Assembly (NCBI GenBank): GCA_051362555.1
Contig: CM120640.1
Location: forward strand, 6,200,001 to 6,264,000
Direction: 5' to 3'
Length of the DNA stretch: 64,000 nucleotides
From: Lingula anatina
Taxonomy: Eukaryota > Animalia > Brachiopoda
The position numbers and the translations under genes were made by a program. A model generated the notes under the pieces. That model saw only the letters and a program-made list of their open reading frames with translations, had not been told where the DNA came from and ran no database searches. Positions 39,981-51,283 of this stretch are shown here, piece by piece (position 1 is the first letter of the stretch; each line of letters opens with the position of its first letter).

Positions 39981-41455
39981 GCAGCGAGATCGGCAAAATG
40001 GAAATTGTACGTTACCAAACTACCTTTTTTCCGAATGACGATTGAGGATACGTTAATTGTAACAACCTATAATTTATAAAAATCCTGCTTATCTGCTTCC
40101 AAGCTTATCAGAAAACAAAACAAGTGAAAATTTCCTTTTTATTGCCATCAAAAATATATGAAAGAGTGAACGCCTTATCTGCTTATCCAGACGCCTTATT
40201 TTCTTTTTACATGTAGCAATTCCCCCAAGTAGCCTTTAAGACGTTTGCAAAAATACCGTGAATCAATTAAACGAGGGTTTGGCATTTAACCCAACATTGA
40301 AGTTTGTTAATTTGATTTTTCGATGGAGATTCTCGGACTGAAATGATTATTTTAGTAACAGCAACAATAACAGTATCAGATAGGATGGTTAATGAATAGC
40401 CATACGGCAAAATTAGACTAAACAGGATTCAGCTTGTTAGCCTTGACATTTAAACAAACCCCAAGATTACCGACTGCTATCAAACAGGGTTTCCTGTGTA
40501 TTAAACTAGTTGCTAAGGAATAGTTCTCCGACTTCGACCTTTTTCTGCAAACATTTATCTTAAAACACCTTTAATTAATGTATACATATAGCAGCGTCCG
40601 GTTTCAAACACCTTTAACTAAACTTAATTTTCAACAGATTTCGCTAGGGACTTGCCACGTTGTCACAACATAAAGCAAAAGCGTTATGCTGAAGCATACC
40701 TTGCAGGGAAATTACACGTTAGTACTCCTATTAACGTTTTTCATTAATTTTACGTTATTCGTTAATTTTACGCCAGTTTTAGGACTTCATAATTTCTATC
40801 CCTAACTCGCGTATGCAACTTGGACGGACAAAACGAATTTTATTCGTAAAGTTTACGAGTAGAGAAGCTACTTTAACAATTCTTTTTTGACTTTCATTTG
40901 AAAAATGTTAGTTTTTTAAATCAAAATGTTTAAATATAAATTCATTTTTTAATTTTCGCATAATTTCAAAAGTGGTCATTTCATTATCTACAGTCTCCTA
41001 TGTTTGGGAGGAAAGTGAGTTTTTAAATTCATTTATATCCTTTATACACATAAACATCTGGCCTCATAAACGATAATTGAAGTTAGTGACTTGGAGTACG
41101 TGTTGAACTGGAGGGTGAAGCAACTTGCGGTTTAGAGTCAATAACGCGATCCTGGGAGTTACTATTGATACAACCACGGTTCTAAATCGTCAATTTGGCG
41201 CTCGAAGTCATCAGTTCGCGTTTCCCAATCACAAGCGGCAATTTCGTCTATAAGGCCTGAACACGCAATTTCTCCACGTATGAAAAAGTAGTGAATGATA
41301 AAGCATTTTAAATGAATAAAAATTACCGATATGTGAAGTAAAGAGAATTCATAAACTATGACTGGTTATGAATTTAAGAACTAGACAAAAATAAAAAATT
41401 TAAAGAAAAATTATTTCAAGAATGACGACAAAAAGAAAAATATAGTTACAAAATT

Positions 41456-44400
41456 TCATTCAGCATTCTCATCTCTGTATTGATTGCACATTTTGTAAAG
41501 ATATATCCCCTGTATGAGTAAAGCCTGTGAGATCCTGGCGGTATTCATAAGAGGCAGAGCATATGTACCAACTGCTGGCTCAATGACAGCTGACTGGAGA
41601 TGGTGTGTCACTAACTGTGTATAGACAAAGATCACTGATAGTCTTACTACGACTGGACTTTTACGTATAAGTGAGTCAAAATGCATTTCAAATCTATCAT
41701 CGCCCATATCACATTCTTCTTCCTAGAAATAAAACAAAATATCATTATTCTTAGACTCTGCTTGGTGAATCTGGCACATGGAAGTGCCACAAAAGAAAAA
41801 AATGGTAAGCATATGATCATAGTCTGGTCATAAGTATACATATAATTCATAAAGCAAAATATCATTTTTCTGATTGCAAAATTGATTTTGTTATTCAATG
41901 CCCAAGAGAAAGTAAGGTTAGTAGTGGGAGAGGAGGCTTATGGCCATTGGGATTAATGCGCATTACATACAGTGGTTTCATATATGAAATTTTTATTAAA
42001 TTTCATACTTAATTTATATTTACCCAGTATTTATTTTAGTTTATCAAAGAGGGAAACCAGTGCACCAAATAAAGGTAAGATTAGATCATTAAGGGATAGC
42101 TTTAAAGATAAAGCAGGGCCCATTCTACAAAAAAGAGGGTGTGTTTATTTTGGTGATCTTATAATCTTTCTTCATCCACAAAAGCAGTATGTTGTTATTA
42201 AGAATTTACTGAAAATTAAGGTACTTGCCTGATCTGAGCCTTTCCTGACAACTATACCAACTGCTGTCAACACACTGGACAACCTCAGCAGAGAAAACAA
42301 CAAAAACACAGGTGAAAACAGCTTTTTCATGAACTGCATGGCACGGTTGGCATTTACTGAAATGCAGAAATTTAATTATGAAGTATTCTCCTCTAAGTAC
42401 ATTTCTCATTCAATCCAGTTGAAAAAATATTAAAACATATTTCTAAGTCCAGAACATTTATCACATTACAACTAGAGGATCAGAGAGGCGATATCGCCTC
42501 CGAATATTGTACCACCAGCAGGAGCAAGCCCATTCATATAGACCCCCACATATACAAAATAAGGAACACAGCCACCAGTCTTGAGCTTGACAAGCTGTAA
42601 TAATGCAATCAACAAGAATTTTCAAAATATGCAAAAAATATATATATTACTAAAAATGGTACAATCAAAGTTAAGTTCATCGTAAGGTAGGTCAAAGGTC
42701 AATTCCAAGGTCACAGTAAATTGCCAGTATATGACTTCCTATTCAACTTCAATAGTAACTATGGGCCTATCTCTGCCAGGTTTGGAGTTAAAAGAGAAAG
42801 AAATTAGCAGAGTTCAGTTCATGATAATAAGTAGGTCAAAGGTCAATTTCAAGGTCACACTTAGATTGACAGTATATGACTTCCTATTCACGTTCAATAG
42901 TAACTATGGACCTATCTCTGCCAGTTTTTGAGATAAAAGGGAATCAAAATTTGCAAGGTTCAGTTCATGGTGAAAAGTAGGCCAAAGGTCAATTTTAAGG
43001 TCACATGTAGATTGCCAGTATATGACTTCCTATTCAAGTTCAATAGAGACTATGGACCTATCTCTGCCAGTTTTGGAGATAAAAGGGAAGCAAAATTTGC
43101 AAAGTTCAGTTCATGGTGAAAAGTAGGTCAAAGGTCAATTTTAAGGTCACATGTAGATTGCCAGTATATGTCTTCCTATTCAACTTCAATAGTAACTATG
43201 GACCTATCTCTGCCAGTTTTGGAGATATAAGGGACTAAATGTTATAATTTTGGAGTTACCATAATGTGCCATAAATTTCCTACAGAAAAAATTAATTAAA
43301 ACAAAGAAAAGGTCATTTTGGTCAAAATTCTTGAAATGGGAGGTGCTCTGAAGTTCCAGATGTTCAAATTTGATGAAATAATGTCATTTTTGACCACAAG
43401 TTGTCTGCTTTGCCAAGCCTTATGTTTTATTTTTCCGGAGTTCAAAATTTATTATCCATTACCGTACTGCACATTTTGCTTTCACCACCAATATGACTTT
43501 TTGATACAGCGTAACTTTGGAGATAAAAGGGAAGCAAAATTTGCAAAGTTCAGTTCTTGGTGAAAAGTAGGTCAAAGGTCAATTTTAAGGTCACATTTAG
43601 ATTGCCAGTATATGACTTCCTATTCAACTTCAATAGTAACTATGGACCTATCTCTGCCAGTTTTGGAGATAAAAGGGAATCAAAATTTGCAAAGTTCAGT
43701 TCATGGTGAAAAGTAGGTCAAAGGTCAATTTTAAGGTCACATGTAGATTGCCAGTATATGACTTCCTATTCAACTTCAATAGAGACTATGGGCCTATCTC
43801 TACCAGTTTTGGAGATAAAAGGGAAGCAAAATTTGCAAAGTTCAGTTCATGGTAAAGAGTAGGTCAAAGGTCAATTTTAAGGTCACATGTAGATTGCCAG
43901 TATATGACTTCCTATTCAAGTTCAATAGAGACTATGGACCTATCTCTGCCAGTTTTGGAGATAAAAGGGAAGCAAAATTTGCAAAGTTCAGTTCATGGTG
44001 AAAAGTATGTCAAAGGTTAATTTTAAGGTCACATGTAGATTGCCAGTATATGACTTCCTATTCAAGTTCAATAGAAACTATGGACCTATCTCTGCCAGTT
44101 TTGGAGATAAATGGGAAGCAAAATTTGCAAGGTTCAGTTCATGGTGAAAAGTAGGCCAAAGGTCAATTTTAAGGTCACATGTAGATTGCCAGTATATGAC
44201 TTCCTATTCAAGTTCAATAGAGACTATGGACCTATCTCTGCCAGTTTTGGAGATAAAAGGGAAGCAAAATTTGCAAAGTTCAGTTCATGGTGAAAAGTAG
44301 GTCAAAGGTCAATTTTAAGGTCACATGTAGATTGCCAGTATATGACTTCCTATTCAACTTCAATAGTAACTATGGACCTATCTCTGCCAGTTTTGGAGAT

Positions 44401-47400
44401 ATAAGGGACTAAATGTTATAATTTTGGAGTTACCATAATGTGCCATAAATTTCCTACAGAAAAAATTAATTAAAACAAAGAGAAGGTCATTTTGGTCAAA
44501 ATTCTTGAAATGGGAGGTGCTCTGAAGTTCCAGATGTTCAAATTTGATGAAATAATGTCATTTTTGACCACAAGTTGTCTGCTTTGCCAAGCCTTATGTT
44601 TTATTTTTCCGGAGTTCAAAATTTATTATCCATTACCGTACTGCACATTTTGCTTTCACCACCAATATGACTTTTTGATACAGCATAACTCGAAAACCGT
44701 ATGGAATACAAAAAAACGGAGACCACCCCCAGTATTGGGCTTTACATGCTCTACAAAATGCAAAAAAGAATGGGTGTCTAGCATTAACGGTTCCCGATTT
44801 AGAGACAGTTTTCAGTTTTGATATCTTATGGCCGCTACTCCCGAGAAAATGCACCGATTGACCCCAAATTCACGGAGATGAAAGATGACCTGAAGGGTAA
44901 CACTTTCCATTAATATTATTAGTTAAGTCTGTGTGGTGTCTGAATAAGACCGCAAATAATTTTTTTTTCGGCAAAAATTTTGTTTTTTTGAAAATTTTGG
45001 CCCGTTTGACCTTGAAATAAAGGTCAAAGGTCAAATCCAAGGGCACATTTGAAATCTACACATATGACTTTTGGAAAGCTGTCTGTAGAAATTTTTCCCA
45101 TAATTCCTTCCGTAGGGGAGATAATTAGCATTTAATTTTGCCATTTTTGGACAAGGGTGCATTGCAATGAGTGCCACACCTAGACCCCAATACCGACAAA
45201 GCCCAAATTTTACGTGGAACGAGTTGAGATTATAGGTGACCTAAATCCAAGAGATGGGTATGGAGGCCATTACCGTCTAGGAGGAGAAGTGGTAACGGTG
45301 ACTTGGCGGCGGAGCCGCAGGAGCCGGCGGAGCCGCAGGAGCCGGCGGAACATACGGGTCGGGACTAAAACCATGTGTACCGCCAGCGCCTACGCTGGTG
45401 GTACAATAACGTCAAGATGTCAAATCAAAGTTTTATTTGATCAAGATTTGAATACAAGGCAACACTTACACAGACTTGCATTGGTAAATGAATACAGCAA
45501 TCCTAGGTATGATATGCTGCCCTCAATCCTATACAATAAATGTAGAAATTCATCTTTAGTCCAGGCAATCTAGGCCATTTAAGGGCCAAACCTCAAAGCA
45601 ATTACAACAGTTTTAATTTTACCACAGTGCTTTTCTATGATGTCTCTAGAATGACATACTAAAAGCCCTAAGAAATCCTTACATGGGAAATATGGTTAAT
45701 TTTACACTTTGTACTTAAGGGGCATACAGATTTTTCAAAAAAATTGTACCACATTCATTATTTAATAATGACCATATAAGTCCCTTCACATCCATGTAAT
45801 CACCACAAATAAGGTATCAATGGATTTCCAAGAGGTTGGCCTTTCAGACTTGTACCTATATTTTGTTACAAACTGTAGATTAGTTATTACTTTCATTGTG
45901 AACCCCCACCCCCTAAAATAATGGAATTTTACAGTTTTATTTGCAAACAATGTTATTTTATTGAATTTACACAGGACCTGGGTAATTTTTTGGCACATGT
46001 TTTTAAGAGCCAGACAATATAGGGTAAAATGCATATCTGATAATTGATCTATATCTTTATTTTGTGTTGTCTAGCTGGAAAAAGAAGAAAAATGCGTTTT
46101 TCACTGCTGTCACTTTACTTACGTATATCTTTGGGTAGGCCCTACTGGTTAATTGATCTTGAAGATATAGTCACAGTCTGTATGCATGTTGTAGCTGTGT
46201 GATAATGGTATCATTGGTAATAATCCATTTATAGATTCAAAATATAACTTCTTACAAAATGTATCAATTTCTACCCCTACTCCTTTAGATGAAAATGGTC
46301 AAGATTCCGGATTTTGACATTTTGTACAGGAAATCACTCCATGCATTTTACATATTGTATTTATTCAAAAGAAGATTTCTTCAGGGAAGGCACCAACAGT
46401 GGACACTGAATAGGTTAGTAAAATAATATATTTATATCATAAGTAATTTAGTAGTAAGTGGTTATAATGCATTTACCATTGCCATTCACAGATAAGACAT
46501 TTCTGCATCATCTGGTAATTTAGCATATGTCATGTAATGTTGATGAGTGTTAGTTTACTTGAAGTTCAAAATTCCTAATCCAAGTTGAAATATTGTTTCA
46601 CATCATATGCCACAGCTTTATTAAATAAGTGGACAGTTTGATCTTTTGCTGTAAGAGCACATAAATTAGAGAACATAGGGTACAAGTCAAGCTAATATAT
46701 CAAACTCTCTGTTTTTATACGTATTGAGAAAAACTATATTGATTTTTATCACATATTTTTGTCCTGCTTTTTATTGGATATAAAAATGTCATTCATATCT
46801 TTAAAAAATATTCTTTGAACAATCTTTTTTACAGAATAAACTTTAAACTTTTCAGCAGGATTACCAACTATGAATAAATGCTGCATATGTGAAAAACCAA
46901 TCTCTGAAGGAGAAGAAATTTTAACTCAAAAAGGAGTAAAGGGGATAATCGTGCTGGTGTACAGCTCAGTAATGATATGAGGACTGCTCCTGGAGATCAG
47001 GTTTATGTAGAATGTCGATGTACAAATTGCAAACCCAACAACATTGCAAGGAACAAGGCTACGTCAGAAGAAACGACAGAATCCGGTCCTGGCCTCCGTT
47101 CTGAGAGAAAGTTGTTGAAGGACACTGCTTATTCTGTGGCCAACCAGCACAGGTTGATAGGAAGAGAAAAGATATTGGTGTATTTAGAATCAGAATAGGT
47201 GACTATCAGGACACTTACTATAAGAAAGATTTGCCATTCTAGGAATGATGAATAGTCTGAAGCAGCGTTGGGAAGACTGGCTTTTATTATTGACCTTCAC
47301 GCAGCAGATGCTGTTTTCCATCAGCAATGTTCAAGTAATTTCAGAACTGGAAAAAACATTCCATTGAAGTTGTCAGCAGACACTAATGATGTATCTAAGA

Positions 47401-50400
47401 AGCTCAAAGTGGATAGACCAGAAAACACTGCAAGAGCCAATGCTTTTCTCAAAGTAATAGAAAACGTAAAAGAGAAAGAGGAAGACCAATTGACCATCAG
47501 TGAATTAGTAAAGATAATGGTGACACATCTTAAAAATACCAAGTATGAACCATACAGTGCTGTACATATGAAGGAAAAATTACGTAAATATTTTGGGGAC
47601 AGGGTTTTATTGAAAGACCTACCTGGAAAGCAGTGTGTGGTAACGCTTTGTGACACAGCAAGCTCTATTCTGTACCTGTTTCACCAACAACAAAAACAAG
47701 CAAGGCCAGAACAGGAAAGACTGAATATTATCAAAACTGCAGCCAAACTAATAGAAAGTGAAGTCAAGTCCATTTATCAGTGTTACGATGAATACCCCTC
47801 CACTGATGAGATGTCAGATAAGAACTCGTAGATTATCTTCCACTGACAATCCAAGTTCTCTTGAGGACAATGTTTGCAGGCAAAGACATTGATGTAAAAC
47901 TAGCTTCTGTGGGACAGTGCATTATGCAAGCAATTAGACCGTGGGCTATGCAGATGATATGTCTTTAGGATCTCCTGCAACAGGTGACATCAATCACCTG
48001 GAAGCAGTGTCCTCAATCTTAACGGCAGAAGAAATATGCAAGTCAGAAGTGCTAGAGAAAATTTGCACAGCCAATAACCCCATAAATCAGCTCTACATAT
48101 CAAATCACCATGAGGAACAAGACAAACAGCAAACTTTATGGTGGAAAAGTTACATTACTATACTTTATTTTTAGGAAAATTATGTAGAATTGTACCTTTT
48201 CCAAGTATCAGGTTTTGGCAGTGGGTTTTGCAGTATTACCCTTTCTATGTGATAGCAGTACAGGAATAGCATGCTGAATACACTCACAAATGCAGCATCA
48301 ACAATTATGCCTGAAAATAAAACAACAACTTTTTTTATGAATTATAACACCAGACAAGAATAGATTTTATCAGAAATCATTATATTATCTTTTAACATGA
48401 AAAGCCCACTGGCAGTTTTTTTAAATTTTGCTAAATATAAAGAGATCTGAAACTGATTTGTGAATATCATGCAAATAAGCTATGCTCTTAAATTAATTTT
48501 GAAAAATAATTAACTATCAATTTGACATCTACACTTAAAAAGAAGAACAGTTTGCATCATAAGCACACAATATAATGCAAATGTATGGGCTTGATAATCA
48601 GAATTCCTAATCACTGAAAAATACATTTGATTCGGTCAATCAAAGTAAAAAAAAAAGGTACCTTTTCATACATTGAAAAAATATTTTCATCTCAGAGAGA
48701 TATCTCTTTTACCTACCTTCATCAACTTTCCACATCATAACATGGCAGAGAACAGACAGCACCAAAAGAATACATAGCATGCTGAAAGAAAGATGGAAAA
48801 TCATTTTAAAGATATTAACTACAATAAATTATTTGATTGTAACATTTTCACTTATTAATATACTTGATTGCACAAAAGGAAAGATTACTGGAAATCTACA
48901 TTTAAGATAATAAAAATAATATATCAATTACCTGCCTAAGTATAATACATTTAGACAACCTCTTTTTTTTTTTTTTTTTCTTGTTGAACTCACCATACAG
49001 TTAGGGTTGAATCACTATATAACCTATATAGTTCTATACCAAAATATAACATCACAGCATAGCAAAGTGCTGACAGACCTAGTATCATTCCCTAAGAAAT
49101 AAACAAAAAAGAGGACCTCATGTAGAAACTAAGAAAAGATGAACGACTGACCTTGCAAAGTAGGATGCAGAATTTCATTTCATCTTATTAATGGGGCATT
49201 TAACATTTAACAGAGGAAAACTATATATTTACTAAACGAGTGCTTCAGTTAAATATTTCATTGAAAAGATTGGGTCTTGCAGTGATACAATTATACATGT
49301 TATAACGAGATAATATCAGTTTAACTTTTCAACAGTAATAAAAGAGTTAAAACCTACATGTCACATTATTTTGTACCACCAACATGCTGGTGACATGCAA
49401 ACAGAGAGTTATAAATTTATGGTTTAAATGACACAACTCTACTGCTCATTTTCTCAAAATGTACAGATGACAATATACATGTAACAGGCTTAACTCAAAC
49501 TTTCATGTTTTTGGATATTTAATTACGCACAACAACAACACAGGTGGTAGGCTGGGAGGTACTAGAATTTTTTAATTAAAAAATATAAACATCACTACTT
49601 TACTATAGAATCATACAACAGATCAACACATTAAAAAAAGAAACCTTTGCCAGGTTTGTGGGTTCCTCATCCAGTCTGTCCACAGCCTTCTGACTCATGG
49701 CCATTGCCCATTCTAGAGGTATCAATACTTCTGTCAGCATCCATACTGGTTCACTGATCCACAGGAGTTTGTCATATAGCCACACCACTGGGAATGGGGT
49801 AAGGCTGACTGGAAGGCACATCAGTACGCATAGTGTCACCAGTTCTAAGCAGGGAATAAATGAGACCTGCAAATTAAACATACCAAGGTCATCATTACTG
49901 TGGATATTATTTTCAGTATAGTGTACCAGGTATATATACATATACATAAATAATATACATGTAATACCATTTACCTGACAAAAATTTACACAAGCTGACG
50001 ATATCTTAAAAGACAAAACTACGGTAAATACTGGTTCTGATTACACCATAACATTTCTGATAATTTACGGTAGGGGGCCGTAGCGATAGTCCAAAGGTTC
50101 AATAGTCCAAAAGGTTCATTGGTCCGAATGTTCACTATAGAACCTTCGGACCAATGAACCCTTGATTAAAAAATCGATGAAAATGTTACCACTTTTCGGA
50201 CCAATGAACCTTCGGACTATCGAGACGCCCCCTACGGTAGCATGACATACTGGTAGTAACAAAGTTTTGGAAACTGAAAGATGGAAGAATATTTTATATT
50301 GAGAACTTGTTTTCAAATCAGTAACGAACCAAGGGATAACAGTACCAGCTATACTGGTGATAGCTGGGGGGGCTGGGGGGGAAGGAGAGAGAGAGAGAGA

Positions 50401-50480
50401 GAAAGAGAGAAGTTTTGTACATATCACTTCTTTACAAACTGAATACTTCAATAAAAACGCAATATTTCCCTACTTTCCTG

Positions 50481-50552
<72 letters not shown>

Positions 50553-50951
50553 GCTGTGTAAATGCTACCTTCGTTTTCAGGGTGCTTTAATTCACGAATT
50601 TTGAAAATAAGAACAATGTTTTCTACTGGCGTGGTCTGTGTGGCACTAATACACCCTCATCACCTCATCCTGTTTTCTCATGAACCTATATCACTTATAT
50701 GAGATACAAAAACAGAAAAATTATCACTACTTTTATTACATTTACTTTGTCTACTAAGACCTGTGTCGTCTTCCCTACTTTCTTACCAAACCAACTGGAA
50801 ATGCAGACATAATTATTGCTTGAAATTGCATCATCAATGAAAATCTGACGACAGGTTCAGTTCCACTAAATGAGCCATATAATGGCATACAAAGAAGCCA
50901 GAAATATGGCAGGAAAATGGCCAGACATGTAATACCAGGAAATAAACACAT
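41456..50951 (-). CDS. Multipass membrane protein, 372 aa, 8 exons; putative Ice2-like (SERINC superfamily)
   Basis: Phase-consistent exons 50787-50951, 49645-49866, 48994-49091, 48717-48781, 48196-48310, 45470-45528, 42229-42356 (GC donor CAG|GCAAGT) and 41456-41722 total 1119 nt with no stops. Roughly 8-10 hydrophobic segments. Segments recall fungal Ice2: YDKLLWISEPVWMLTE, GIIVDAAFV, FSPVFLLFSLLR, VIFVYTQLVTHH. The gene model is solid; the family assignment is from memory. Confidence 0.8.
42470..45409 (-). mobile_element. Helentron-associated non-autonomous element (HINE / DINE-1-like) carrying a satellite array
   Basis: SubTIR pair TATTGTACCACCAGC (42505-42519) and GCTGGTGGTACAATA (45394-45408). 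5' hairpin TGTACCGCCAGCG..CGCTGGTGGTACA (45376-45405); 9-bp GC-rich microsatellite (45307-45349); 3' palindrome GAGGCGATATCGCCTC (42485-42500). On the minus strand it ends CTAGTT and begins TT, with no TSD. Confidence 0.85.
42670..44400. repeat. 146-bp tandem repeat (4 + 6 units) split by a duplicated ~285-bp spacer
   Basis: GGAGAT anchors at 43075, 43221 and at 43519, 43665, 43811, 43957, 44103, 44249, 44395, an exact 146-bp period. The spacer 43227-43510 recurs almost identically at 44401-44684. Confidence 0.95.
46870..47940 (+). pseudogene. Decayed, 3'-truncated DNA-transposon ORF in an intron of the Ice2-like gene (antisense)
   Basis: The reading MNKCCICEK..LTQKG..VYVECR..HCLFCGQ..DLHAADAVFHQQCSSNFRTGKNIP..IIKTAAKLI..KLASVGQCIMQAIRP can be threaded through frameshifts and stops (TAG at ~47253 and 47829). 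These motifs recall large Cys-rich proteins of invertebrate DNA transposons. Superfamily unresolved. A possible left end is CACAGTG at 45623. Confidence 0.7.
50073..50232. mobile_element. Small MITE with inverted subterminal repeats
   Basis: Left end GGGGGCCGTAGCGATAGTCCAAAGGTTC pairs with right end GAACCTTCGGACTATCGAGACGCCCCC. Internal GGTTCATTGGTCCGAA units occur in inverted orientation. Flanking direct repeat TACGGTA(G) at 50066 and 50233. Confidence 0.8.
50483..50549. repeat. (TA)n microsatellite
   Basis: About 33 TA units. Confidence 0.95.
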
Positions 50952-51283
50952 GTTCGTCGTCTGCACAATATATCAAATATGGCGCCTTCACCAAGTAACG
51001 AGAACTCCCACATATTTGTTTTTAGAGCATAAAATTAAATATATCAACAAATTATATAATCCAAATAGTTTTTGATGACATCAGTAGTAAAAATAGTATA
51101 AAAATAATATTAAAAAAATAATGACAAGAAAAATTTGTCTTTGCTCAAAGCAAATTGTGCTGGTTGTGCCTAAAAGTACAACTATCGCATTTGAACATCA
51201 ACAAGTACTGAGACGTGTTGGTCCATAAAAGTGTAAACGCAGAATAATTGTATCGCGTCACATTATGTTTGTTACATTATACT
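50952..51283. promoter_or_regulatory. Putative bidirectional promoter (Ice2-like gene / TRMT44)
   Basis: Only 332 bp separate the two divergent ATGs; YY1-like ATATGGCGCC at ~50977. Confidence 0.55.

Noticed and set aside
42670-44700. Repeat array as a CRISPR array or repeat-protein gene (ORFs 42731, 43318, 44111, 44492)
   Set aside because: The 146-bp head-to-tail monomers have no unique spacers, the period is not a multiple of 3, there are no cas genes, and the array lies inside HINE termini in a eukaryotic intron.
45214-45573. Arg-rich 119-aa ORF (RRSRRSRR)
   Set aside because: It is a translation of the HINE's 9-bp microsatellite and the antisense of an Ice2-like exon.
47941-48174. 77-aa ORF after the transposon fragment
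   Set aside because: It has a GTG start and no recognisable motif, and the Ice2-like gene splices in frame without any exon here.
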